A DNA stretch of 64,000 nt, from the NCBI GenBank assembly GCA_963804645.1, contig CAWDRG010000009.1, forward strand, positions 224,001-288,000, in the 5' to 3' direction. Each line of letters starts with the position of its first letter. The stretch's first letter is position 1. Below are positions 28,086 through 36,880 of this stretch, piece after piece. The notes below the pieces were generated by a model, which saw only the letters and a list, made by a program, of their open reading frames with translations, was not told the DNA's origin and made no database searches. Source of the DNA: an uncultured Bacillota bacterium. GTDB lineage: Bacteria > Sysuimicrobiota > Sysuimicrobiia > Sysuimicrobiales > Segetimicrobiaceae. A program made the position numbers and the translations under genes.

Positions 28086-28151
28086 AGTCTATGCATCCGC
28101 AGTTAATCTTGATCGTCGCGCACCGGCAAGAATATGTTAAGAGACGCGCAA
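28086..28151 (-). promoter_or_regulatory. Pho-box-type promoter of the 47-aa microprotein
   Basis: Minus strand: TTGCG, TTAAC, TTGCC at 11-bp period (28151-28125), then TTAAC (28106-28102), then 10 nt, then -10 TAGACT (28091-28086). Confidence 0.65.
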
Positions 28152-28166
28152 GAATTGCGCATGCCG

Positions 28167-29561
28167 TCATACCGAGGACCGAACCGGGGTTCGCGGGATC
28201 AGCAGGGTAAACTGGCTCCCGCGCCCCTCGGTGCTCTGCACCTCGACCCGTCCTCCGTGCGACGTCACGATGTGTTTCACGATGCTCAGACCGAGCCCGG
28301 TGCCCCCGAGCAACCGGGACCGGGACGGGTCGACCCGATAGAACCGTTCGAAGATTCGGGGCAGATGCTCAGGCGCGATGCCCAAACCGGTGTCGGCCAC
28401 GGTCACCGCCACGAGATCGCCCTCGACGCGGGCGGAGAGGCGCACCACGCCACCCGCCGGCGTGTACTTGAGCGCGTTGTCGACCAGGTTGACGAACGCC
28501 TGCACGAGCCGCGCCTCGTCGCCCCAGACGTCCGGGAGATCGTCGAGCGCGTCGATGCGCAGCTCGACCTGGCGCTGCTCGGCCACGGGCCGGAATTTCG
28601 TGGTCACGTCGCGCGCGACGACCCCGAGCGCGACCGGCGTCATCTCCATCTTGGCGCTCCCGGACTCGATCGCCGACAGATCGAGAAGATCGTTCACCAG
28701 CAGCGTCAGCCGGTCGATCTCGGAGACGATGCGGCCCAGAAAGCGCGGCCCGGCGTCCCGATCGCGCAGCGCGCCGTCGAGCAGGGTCTCCGCGAGGGCC
28801 CGGAGCGAGGCGAGCGGCGTGCGGAGCTCATGGGACACGTTCGCGATGAACTCCTGGCGGATCAGGTCGGTGCGGCGCAGATCCGTGATGTCCTGGACGG
28901 CAACCACCGTGCCCGCAAACTCTCCATGCCCGCCCCAGACCGGGTTCGCCTGGACCCTGAGCGCCCTCCGCTGCGGCTGATGCACCTCGAGCTCCCGGGC
29001 CAGCGGGACGCGCTCGCGATCGGCCTGGCGAACCAGCGTGTCCAGCTCGAAATGATGCACGACCTCGATCAGTCGGCGCCCCATCGCGAACTGTGCTTCG
29101 ACACCGAAGATGCGCTCGGCGGCGGGATTGACCAGCACCAGCGTCCCGGCGGCATCGAGGATCAGCAGCCCGTCGCTCATGTGTGCCATCACCGCTTCAA
29201 GCGTGCCCTTCCCGCGATCGAGGTCCCCGATCGTCCGGCCGGACTGCGCGACCATCGCGTTGAACGCGGCGATCGTCTCACGCACCTCGACGAACGACTC
29301 CTCGCGGACGGGCCGCAGCCTCCCGTCTGCACTGGCGGCGGCGGCGGCCGCGATCTCGCGAAGCGGGCGGCGGAGCCCCGAGGCAGCGCGCGCGCTGAGC
29401 ACGTACGCGAAGGCGGCCGCGATTACGATCGTCCCGGCCGCCCACAGGGCCATGTTCCGCCCCACCGGCCAGCCGAGCACGATCAGCAAGGTCCCGGCGG
29501 CGACCACGGTAATCCCGATCTCAAGCGCAAGCAGGCGCGCGAGGCCGGGCCGGAGCCGCAT
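28167..29561 (-). CDS. phoR: Phosphate regulon sensor histidine kinase (TM-HAMP-PAS-HisKA-HATPase)
   Basis: FIANVSHELRTPL, NLVDNALKY, DTGLGI, FERFYRVD and GGTGLGLSIVKH motifs. Located next to pst genes. Confidence 0.92.
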   Translation of the reverse strand: MRLRPGLARLLALEIGITVVAAGTLLIVLGWPVGRNMALWAAGTIVIAAAFAYVLSARAASGLRRPLREIAAAAAASADGRLRPVREESFVEVRETIAAFNAMVAQSGRTIGDLDRGKGTLEAVMAHMSDGLLILDAAGTLVLVNPAAERIFGVEAQFAMGRRLIEVVHHFELDTLVRQADRERVPLARELEVHQPQRRALRVQANPVWGGHGEFAGTVVAVQDITDLRRTDLIRQEFIANVSHELRTPLASLRALAETLLDGALRDRDAGPRFLGRIVSEIDRLTLLVNDLLDLSAIESGSAKMEMTPVALGVVARDVTTKFRPVAEQRQVELRIDALDDLPDVWGDEARLVQAFVNLVDNALKYTPAGGVVRLSARVEGDLVAVTVADTGLGIAPEHLPRIFERFYRVDPSRSRLLGGTGLGLSIVKHIVTSHGGRVEVQSTEGRGSQFTLLIPRTPVRSSV

Positions 29562-29563
29562 GC

Positions 29564-30244
29564 TCAGCCCTCGAGCTTGTAACCGACGCCGCGGATGGTC
29601 TCGATGGACGTCCGGCCGCCCGCCTCCTGCAGCTTGTGGCGGAGCCAGCGCACGTGGACGTCGACCGTACGGTCGTCACCGTCGTACTCGTAGCCCCACA
29701 CCTGCTGCAGGAGCAGCGCCCGCGTCAATACGCGGCCGGGGTTGGACAGAAACGCCCGGAGGAGATCGAACTGCCTCGGGGGCAGCACGACCATCTGGTC
29801 CCCGACCCGGACGATATGCCTCGCGACGTCCAGCGTGATCTCCGCGACCTGCAGCACCTCGTCCCGCGACGGTGAGGCGGCCTGCGCCCGGCGAAGGGCG
29901 GCACGCACCCGGGCGAGCACCTCGCGCACGCTGAACGGCTTGACGATGTAGTCGTCGGCCCCGAGGTCGAGGCCAACCACGCGGTCCGGCTCGTCCGCGC
30001 GTGCGGTGATCATCAGAATCGGCACCGTCGACTCATTCCGCAGCACACGGCAGACCTCGAAGCCGCTCATACCCGGCAGCATCACGTCGAGCAGCACGAC
30101 GTCAGGCTTCTTCGTCTTGGCGAGATCCAGAGCTTCCCCGCCGTCGGAGGCCTCCAGGACCTCGTAGCCCTCCTTTTCAAGCGCGTAGCGCAGGGATTCG
30201 ACGATCGCATGCTCGTCGTCCACGAGCAGGATCCGAGGTTTCAC
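29564..30244 (-). CDS. phoB: OmpR/PhoB-family response regulator (PhoB/PhoP)
   Basis: ILLVDD, LLDVMLP, GADDYIVKPF, RTVDVHVRWLR and TIRGVGY motifs. GTG 30244 with SD GGAGG. Confidence 0.92.
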   Translation of the reverse strand: MKPRILLVDDEHAIVESLRYALEKEGYEVLEASDGGEALDLAKTKKPDVVLLDVMLPGMSGFEVCRVLRNESTVPILMITARADEPDRVVGLDLGADDYIVKPFSVREVLARVRAALRRAQAASPSRDEVLQVAEITLDVARHIVRVGDQMVVLPPRQFDLLRAFLSNPGRVLTRALLLQQVWGYEYDGDDRTVDVHVRWLRHKLQEAGGRTSIETIRGVGYKLEG

Positions 30245-30320
30245 ACTCACCTCCGGGCCCCCCGGCGCGCTTGGCGCGTCTGAGAGGTTTTTCCGATCTT
30301 TCGGCCCTTGCACGGTCGCG

Positions 30321-30353
30321 GTTAATGCCGGGTTAATCCGCATCGGTTATGCT
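30321..30353 (+). promoter_or_regulatory. Pho-box-type promoter divergent from phoB
   Basis: TTAAT (30322) and TTAAT (30333) are 11 bp apart, then 10 nt, then -10 TATGCT (30348-30353). The same units read TTAAC on the minus strand toward phoB. Confidence 0.65.
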
Positions 30354-30406
30354 CCTCCTTGGATGGCGGTCCGCCGGGGTACGACCGGCGGCGTCACGGA
30401 GGGTGC

Positions 30407-30853
30407 GTGGACACCACGCTCCGCCTCAGACGGACGAACAGGCGATGGCCGGCGGGACCTCCCAAGGACCCGAAGCGATCCGCCGGTACAAGATTCGCCG
30501 GACTCGTTCCCAAGGACGGAGCGCCACGCGCCACCTCGTTCGCCTGGATCGCCGCCATCCCCCAATATGTGCACTCGGAGCCGCGCGGAGCAGGAAGCGC
30601 GCCTGCGGCTCCGACGTTTCTGCCCGCTGCCCATCACACGTGGCCCCCGCGCGCCGGTGCGCGGGCGATGCGCCGGCGGCCGCCGGCGGGACGCGGCGCC
30701 ACTCGATCCGCGACGCCTGCCGGGTCTCCCGCGCGAGCGATCCGGGCCGTTCTGGAGCGAATCGACGACGATCGCGAGCTCACGGCGCTCAAAATCGGCC
30801 TCCTCGGCCTGTTGGTCCTCGCGGCCGCAGCGCTGGAATATCTGTGGACATGA
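30407..30853 (+). CDS. Hypothetical protein with a C-terminal TM helix (start uncertain, alternative ATG ~30668)
   Basis: GTG 30407 after GGAGGG. Ends ...LERIDDDRELTALKIGLLGLLVLAAAALEYLWT*, with an ATGA overlap to the next gene. Confidence 0.55.
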   Translation: MDTTLRLRRTNRRWPAGPPKDPKRSAGTRFAGLVPKDGAPRATSFAWIAAIPQYVHSEPRGAGSAPAAPTFLPAAHHTWPPRAGARAMRRRPPAGRGATRSATPAGSPARAIRAVLERIDDDRELTALKIGLLGLLVLAAAALEYLWT

Positions 30854-31302
30854 CCCTCCGGCGGCGGACCGTCCTGTACGCCTACGTCGCCGAAGACGCC
30901 GACGGCACGCTCTCCCTGGTCTTCGTGGACGGAAACGGACGCACCCACCAGCTGATCACGCTCACGCCGGTCGGCGCGCGCACGGCCTGCGAACGGGCCC
31001 TGCGGGGCATCGTGTACGCGCTGTGGAACGCCCGCACGCTGGGGTATCGCCGGGTAGTCGTCCACAGCGACCATCCGGGAGCCGTAGCCCAGATCAACGG
31101 CGACTGTCGAGTGGACCCCGTGTTGATCGGACCGTACCTCGAGGCTCGCGCGCTCATGCACGCGTATCGCTGGGCTCGGATCAAGGTCGGAGAGATTCGG
31201 TGGCAACAACTCGGGGCACGACCCGCACAGCAGCAGCAACTCTCCGTACTCGGGCAGCGTACCGAATCGGGTCCTGAACCCGTGGCGGCCGGCTCGCGCT
31301 AG
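30850..31302 (+). CDS. Divergent RNase H-like (RNase HI/RVT_3-type) protein
   Basis: CERALRGIVYAL..A..LGYRRVVVHSD....AQING..RV resembles the RNase HI core. The N-terminal DG(A/S) catalytic motif is not canonical. Confidence 0.65.
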   Translation: MTLRRRTVLYAYVAEDADGTLSLVFVDGNGRTHQLITLTPVGARTACERALRGIVYALWNARTLGYRRVVVHSDHPGAVAQINGDCRVDPVLIGPYLEARALMHAYRWARIKVGEIRWQQLGARPAQQQQLSVLGQRTESGPEPVAAGSR

Positions 31303-31492
31303 GCCGGACCGCGCGCACGCCCCGCCCAATTCTGGGATGGGGCTAGGTCTTTCGGCGTCATTTCGCTCGATGATCATCCCCCCGCGCACCGCGTCACATG
31401 ATCGCCGGACCCGGGGTCAGACGCGCCTCCGCCGGGCGAAGGAACTGTACACCTCGCCCGGCGGGACGCATCTGCATCGTAACACTAACCAA

Positions 31493-32575
31493 TTACGGCA
31501 TCAGCGACTTGCCCTGATAGGTCACCTGCTTGATGATCCCCGCGTCGATCGAGAGAACCGGCGCGGGAAGCGGCGCGTAGAGCAGGAGCGGCGCGTCGTT
31601 CTGCCCATCGTGAGTCGCCCACGACAAAAACTGCACGAGCGCCTGACCCTTCGCCTGATCGGTCTGCTCTTGCGGGATCAACAGGTAGGTGAATCCGCAG
31701 ATCGGGTACGCTGTGGCGGCCGGCGAGTTCGAGATCGCCACCCGCACGTCCTTCGTCTGCACCATCTGGGTGGCGCCTCCTGCCGCGGCCGAGACCGTTG
31801 CGCTCAGCGACGGCGCGACCCAATGGCCGGCCGGGTTCTGCACCAGCGCGTACGAGAGGTGGTTCTGCATGACATACGCCAGCTCGACGTAGCCGATTGC
31901 ACCCGGCGTCTGCTGCACTGCTCCCGCGACGCCTTCGTTCCCCTTCCCGCCGATCCCGACCGGCCACTCGACGGAGGTGCCGGCACCGACCTTGGACTTC
32001 CAATCGGCGCTCACGTTGGAAAGGAACGTCACAAAGTGAAAGGTCGTGCCGCTGCCGTCGGACCGATACACCACGGTGATCGGCAGGTTGGGCAGCTTCA
32101 TCGTCGGGTTGTCGGCCGCGAGCCGGGAATCGTTCCATTTCGTGATCGTGCCGAGGTAGATCAGCGCGATGTTCTGCCGAGTGAGCTTCAGCCCGGTCGC
32201 CACGCCCGGGACGTTGTAGCTAATCGCGATCGCACCGGCCACCGTGGGCATCAACAGAATGGACCGCCCCATCTGCTTCAGCTGGTCGTCCGAGAGGGGC
32301 GCGTCCGAGGCGCCGAAGTCCACGGTGCGCTGCCGGACCTGCTCGATGCCGCCGCCGCTCCCAATCGACTGGTAATTGATGCGGACCTCTGGGTGCATGC
32401 GGTTATACTCGATAAACCACCGCGAATAGATCGGGTACGGGAACGTCGCTCCCGCCCCGTTCAGCGTAATGACCTCGGCGCCTCGGGCGGCTTGATTTCC
32501 CGCGAAGGTCGCCAAGACGAGCCCGCAGACGATCACGAACCCACCCAGGGCACGTCTCCAGACACGATGCGTCAA
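31493..32575 (-). CDS. pstS: Phosphate ABC transporter substrate-binding protein
   Basis: GAGATFPYP, YQSIGSGGG, DFGASDAPL, RSDGSGTT and GKGNEGV motifs. Confidence 0.97.
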   Translation of the reverse strand: MTHRVWRRALGGFVIVCGLVLATFAGNQAARGAEVITLNGAGATFPYPIYSRWFIEYNRMHPEVRINYQSIGSGGGIEQVRQRTVDFGASDAPLSDDQLKQMGRSILLMPTVAGAIAISYNVPGVATGLKLTRQNIALIYLGTITKWNDSRLAADNPTMKLPNLPITVVYRSDGSGTTFHFVTFLSNVSADWKSKVGAGTSVEWPVGIGGKGNEGVAGAVQQTPGAIGYVELAYVMQNHLSYALVQNPAGHWVAPSLSATVSAAAGGATQMVQTKDVRVAISNSPAATAYPICGFTYLLIPQEQTDQAKGQALVQFLSWATHDGQNDAPLLLYAPLPAPVLSIDAGIIKQVTYQGKSLMP

Positions 32576-32653
32576 GCGTCTCCCTCCTTTTGCGCGATAA
32601 CAGCGTCGTTCAACCCACTCCCGGCGTTACCGAGGAGCCCGGGAGTCACCCCT

Positions 32654-32706
32654 ACCGTAACGCCCAAGCATTAACCCCCGGTGATTGGACAGTTAGCCGG
32701 TCTTAA
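32654..32706 (-). promoter_or_regulatory. Pho-box-type promoter of pstS
   Basis: Minus strand: CTAAC, ATCAC, TTAAT at 11-bp period (32696-32670), then 10 nt, then -10 TACGGT (32659-32654). A further TTAAG lies at 32706-32702. Confidence 0.7.
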
Positions 32707-32709
32707 GAG

Positions 32710-32860
32710 CAGCGCCACTAAGATAATTTGACATGGACGTCGAATAGGCCCCTCGCACGGGTTCGATCGCAGCCATCGTCGCAGCAACAATCGCAGCAGC
32801 GAGGTGAGCTTCCATGGCCGCAGCGTCCGCCACGCCGCCCGCCGTGCCCGGTCAATCTGG
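32710..32860. repeat. ~150-bp inverted repeat, left arm (partner 33447-33599)
   Basis: Reverse complement of 33447-33599 except 2 substitutions near the tip and a 2-bp indel. Confidence 0.95.
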
Positions 32861-33599
32861 ATCCGCAATGAGCAGCGTCTCTTGGGGAATGGGGGGAGCT
32901 GCTCGAGCGCGTGTTGCAGTTCGCTCCGGCCGGCATCGGCGCAGAACGAGAGGCGCGGGGGAAGCCGCGGAACAGGTCGTAGCACACCAGCAGGCACCCC
33001 GGCAACAACGGCGAGCGGACATCCCAGGTGAGCTTGAGCCGATGGGCCACCGCATCCAGGCGCGTGCGTCCAGGATCCAGACCTCGGAGAAGCGCTCGCG
33101 CACCCCCGCCACGGCGGCGGCGTAGGTCGTGCGGGCCTCCGGCACCAGGTGCGCGACATACTCGTCGTAAAGGACGCGGAAGAAGGTCGGGCCGCAGCCG
33201 CTCGGCGCGTTGGAAAAAGGCCTCCGGAGAGGTGCGCGCCGCCGGCCCCAGGTGGGGGAACATGATGCCCGTTTCTCGCAACGCCTGGGGTCAGCGAACG
33301 GGGGCCCGTGAGGAGCACGGTGAGCCAAAACTGAGCCAGGGCGGCCAAAGACCAGCGGCGTTGGCGTTCCCGATTCCGGACCCGCTGGAACACCGTGTTA
33401 CATAAGGCTGCCGTGAGATGCGTGTGCAGGAGCTTGATGATTTGAGCCAGATTGACCGAGGGCACGGCGGGCGGCGTGGCGGACGCTGCGGCCATGGAAG
33501 CTCACCTCGCTGCTGCGATTGTTGCTGCGACGATGGCTGCGATCGAACCCGTGCGAGGGGCCTATTCGACGTCCATGTCAAATTATGTTAGTGGCGATG
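32710..33599 (-). mobile_element. IS4-family-like remnant (890 bp) with a truncated, frameshifted transposase
   Basis: Ends CAGCGCCACTAAGATAATTTGACA and (rc) CATCGCCACTAACATAATTTGACA. 11-bp direct repeat ggtcttaagag at 32699-32709 and 33600-33610. Transposase-like N-terminus from 33495 (RERQRRWSLAALAQFW) is broken by frameshifts. Confidence 0.85.
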
Positions 33600-33758
33600 G
33601 GTCTTAAGAGGCAGTTATTCCGACACCCGGAGGTCTCGCCGCGCGTCGGGGACCCTCAAAGTTGCTTCTGCCGCCCTTCGGGACCCCGCCGACGGGAATC
33701 CGCCGCGCCCTGCCGAATCCGTACCTGTTGCTCGAAATCGCCAGGAAGGGAGCTCCGA

Positions 33759-34364
33759 ATGGATCCGATGATCGAACGTTTGTCCAAGCTCGCCACGTCC
33801 ACCCTCGGTCATTTCGTGGAAGAGGGGTTTCTCGATATCGCCATCTCCCCCGTGTTCCGCCCCATCAAGTGCGCGGGCCGGGCCCTGACGGTTGGGGAGC
33901 ACTCCAGCACGCGGGATGCGATTCGCGCGGCGCAGCCCGGGGAGGTGATGATGGTCGCGCGGGGCGGGGAAGCCCGCTACGCTGGGTTTGGAGGCATGGT
34001 CGCGCTGGCCTGCAAGAACGCCGGGTTTGCCGGCGTGGTGCTCGATTGTCCGACGTGCGACTATGCCGAGATCGTCGAGTTCCAGCTTCCGGTGTTCTCA
34101 CGCGGGATCTCGGCGCTGCTGCCGAAGGGCCGCGACTACCGCGATCCGATCCGGCAGCCGATCGTCTGCGGCGGCATCCGCGTCGCGAATGGAGATTACG
34201 TGCTGGGCGACGACGACGGGATCCTCGTGATTCCCCCGTCGCAGGTTGAGGCGATCGTGGTGCGGGGCGAGGCGGCGGAGAAGCGCGGGATCGAAACCCG
34301 CGCGCTCCTCGAGGCGGGCAAGACGCTGGACGAGGTCAACGAGATCAGGAGGGGACACGCATGA
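33759..34364 (+). CDS. RraA/HMG-aldolase family protein
   Basis: AGRALTV, FGGMVALA..AGFAGVVLD and GDYVLGDDDGILVIP motifs. Confidence 0.88.
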   Translation: MDPMIERLSKLATSTLGHFVEEGFLDIAISPVFRPIKCAGRALTVGEHSSTRDAIRAAQPGEVMMVARGGEARYAGFGGMVALACKNAGFAGVVLDCPTCDYAEIVEFQLPVFSRGISALLPKGRDYRDPIRQPIVCGGIRVANGDYVLGDDDGILVIPPSQVEAIVVRGEAAEKRGIETRALLEAGKTLDEVNEIRRGHA

Positions 34365-35914
34365 CGCGATGGCTGCTTGCGGCGATCATCACGGGCGCGC
34401 TGGTCGTCGCCGGCGCGGCGTCCTGGGGCGCCACGACCGGCGGAACCCAGCCCAAGCGCGGCGGGACGTTCATCTGGGGGCTGTCCACCGAGCCGCCGGA
34501 CCTGGACCCCCAGGTCGACTCGGGGGTGGCGGCCGGGTACATCAAGGAAGCCGTGTACGAAGGGCTCGTCCGCTACGGGCACAACGGCGCGATCGTGCCG
34601 GATCTGGCCGTGCGCTGGGGCATGGTCGGCAACACGCAGATCGTGTTTCACCTGCGGCCGAACGTGAAGTTCCACAACGGCGACCCGTTCACCGCGGCGG
34701 ACGTCAAGTTCTCGTTTGACCGCCTGCTGAATCCGAAGACCGGGGCGTCCCTCACCGGGAATCTGAAGACGATCCAGAGCGTCGAGATCATGGACCCGAT
34801 GACCGTCAAGATCGTCCTCAGCCAGCCGTTCGCGCCGCTGCTCGCGTACCTCGCGCAGCCCTACGGCGCGATGGTGGACAGCAAGTTCGTGCAGGGCGGG
34901 GCGAACCTCCGCTCGACGATGATGGGCACCGGCCCGTTCAAGTTCGTCTCCTGGCAGCCCGGGCAGAGCGTGCGCGTCGTCCGGAACGACGCGTACTGGA
35001 ACACGGGCCACCCGTACCTCGACGCGATCAACTACCAGATCATCGCCGACGACCAGACGCGCCTCACCGCGCTGCGGGCCGGCGACGTCATGCTCGCGGA
35101 CTTCATCCCGCAGGAGCAGATGAACGCGATCCAGCGCGACCCGCAGCTCCAGCTGTACGCCGACGTCGGCATCTTCACGTGCATCATCTTCAACGTGTCC
35201 CGGAAGCCCTACGACGACGTCCGCGTGCGCCAGGCGATCGCGTACGCGATCGACCGCGACGCGATGGTCAAGACGATCTTCGACGGCCGCGGCACCTCGA
35301 TCACGGGCGACGTGATCCCGAAGAGTTGGTGGGCGTACGACAGCAAGGCGGACGGCACGTACACGTACAACCCCGACAAGGCCAAGGAGCTGCTGAAGGA
35401 GGCCGGGTATCCGAACGGCCTCAAGATTACGATCCTGGCGCCGATCACCTTCACGCTGCACACGCGCACCGCGCAGGTGCTGCAGGCGCAGCTGGCCAAG
35501 GTCGGCATCGACGCCACGCTCGACCTCCCGGAGTGGGCCGTCGTGCTGAACCGCCACCTCCAGGGCGACTACGGGGTCGAGGTCCGGGGGCTCACGGCCT
35601 CGGTCAACGATCCGGACTTTCTGACGCTGTACTACGAGTCGGACCAGCCGTACTACGCGAAGCAGGTCGGCTTCAAGGACGCGCAGATCGACGGTTGGCT
35701 CGATCAGGCGCGGGTCCTCGACAATCAGACGCTGCGCAAGGCGCTGTACGCGAAGGTGACCGAACGGGCGCTCACGCTGTCCCCCTGGGTCTACATCGCG
35801 TGGGGCGACTCGGGCGAGGCGGGCCGCAACTACGTGCGCGGGTACGAGCACTTCCCGGGACCGATCGGACGGTACTCCGGCTTCTCGCTGCAGGACACCT
35901 GGCTGGCGAAGTAG
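34361..35914 (+). CDS. ABC substrate-binding protein, family 5 (Dpp/Opp-type)
   Basis: Signal peptide, KRGGT, FHNGDPFTAADVKFS, GTGPFK and VRQAIAYAIDR motifs. Confidence 0.93.
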   Translation: MTRWLLAAIITGALVVAGAASWGATTGGTQPKRGGTFIWGLSTEPPDLDPQVDSGVAAGYIKEAVYEGLVRYGHNGAIVPDLAVRWGMVGNTQIVFHLRPNVKFHNGDPFTAADVKFSFDRLLNPKTGASLTGNLKTIQSVEIMDPMTVKIVLSQPFAPLLAYLAQPYGAMVDSKFVQGGANLRSTMMGTGPFKFVSWQPGQSVRVVRNDAYWNTGHPYLDAINYQIIADDQTRLTALRAGDVMLADFIPQEQMNAIQRDPQLQLYADVGIFTCIIFNVSRKPYDDVRVRQAIAYAIDRDAMVKTIFDGRGTSITGDVIPKSWWAYDSKADGTYTYNPDKAKELLKEAGYPNGLKITILAPITFTLHTRTAQVLQAQLAKVGIDATLDLPEWAVVLNRHLQGDYGVEVRGLTASVNDPDFLTLYYESDQPYYAKQVGFKDAQIDGWLDQARVLDNQTLRKALYAKVTERALTLSPWVYIAWGDSGEAGRNYVRGYEHFPGPIGRYSGFSLQDTWLAK

Positions 35915-35932
35915 CCTGACCACCGCGCGGCC

Positions 35933-36880
35933 GTGGGCGCGTATATTCTCCGCCGCGTGATCGCCGCCGTCCTCATGACGGTGGCGATCACGACGGCGGT
36001 GTTCTTGATGCTCCGCGCCGTGCCCGGAGACGTCGTCGTCGTCATGCTCGGGGAGGGCGCGGCGACGCCGGAAAACGTCGCGGCGATGCGCCACGCGCTC
36101 GGCCTGGACCGCCCGCTGCTGGTGCAGTACGGCTCGTGGCTCACGCACGTCGCGCGCGGCGACTTCGGCAGCTCGATCATCTCGGGCGTCTCGATCGGGG
36201 CGCAGCTCGGCGAGCGCATCCCCCGGTCGCTCGAACTCGGGGCCGTCGCGCTCTCGCTCGGCGTCGTAGTAGGGATCCCGCTCGGCGTGTTCGCGGCGCA
36301 CCGGCCCGGCGGCGCGCTCGATCTCGCGATCACGGGCATCGGGGCCCTCGGCCTGATGTTTCCGGCGTTCGTCGTCGGCACGCTGTTCGTGCTGCTCTTC
36401 GGGCTCGTCCTCCACTGGTTCCCCGCGACCGGCTACATCGAGTTCTCGGACGACCCGATCGGCCACATCCGGCACCTGGTCCTGCCCGCCGTGACGCTCG
36501 CCCTGACGTTCGCCCCCGTCATCATGCGGATGACGCGCGCGGGCATGCTCGAGGCGCAGTCCCAGGACTTCGTGCGCACGGCCCGCTCCAAGGGCCTGGC
36601 CGAGCGCACGGTCCTGGTGAAGCACGTGCTCCGCAACTCGCTCATCCCCGTCATCACCGTGCTCGGCCTGCAGGCAGGGGAGTTGATCGGGCGGATCGTG
36701 CTGATCGAGTACATCTTCAACTGGCCCGGCCTGGCGGGCCTGCTCCTCACCGGGGTGTTCGGCCGCGACTACCCCACGGTCCAAGCGGTCGTCGTGGTCA
36801 TCGCGTTCTCGTTCGTGTTCATCAACCTCCTCGTCGACCTGACGTACATGCTGGTCGACCCGCGGATCCGGCTGGCGTGA
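35933..36880 (+). CDS. DppB/OppB-type ABC permease
   Basis: VPGD, GLDRPL, GDFG, FVRTARSKGL and VDPRIR motifs. Confidence 0.93.
   Translation: MGAYILRRVIAAVLMTVAITTAVFLMLRAVPGDVVVVMLGEGAATPENVAAMRHALGLDRPLLVQYGSWLTHVARGDFGSSIISGVSIGAQLGERIPRSLELGAVALSLGVVVGIPLGVFAAHRPGGALDLAITGIGALGLMFPAFVVGTLFVLLFGLVLHWFPATGYIEFSDDPIGHIRHLVLPAVTLALTFAPVIMRMTRAGMLEAQSQDFVRTARSKGLAERTVLVKHVLRNSLIPVITVLGLQAGELIGRIVLIEYIFNWPGLAGLLLTGVFGRDYPTVQAVVVVIAFSFVFINLLVDLTYMLVDPRIRLA

Noticed and set aside
34196..36784. 862-aa minus-strand ORF and the many similar overlapping ORFs in the track
   Set aside because: Shadow or alternate frames of well-supported genes.
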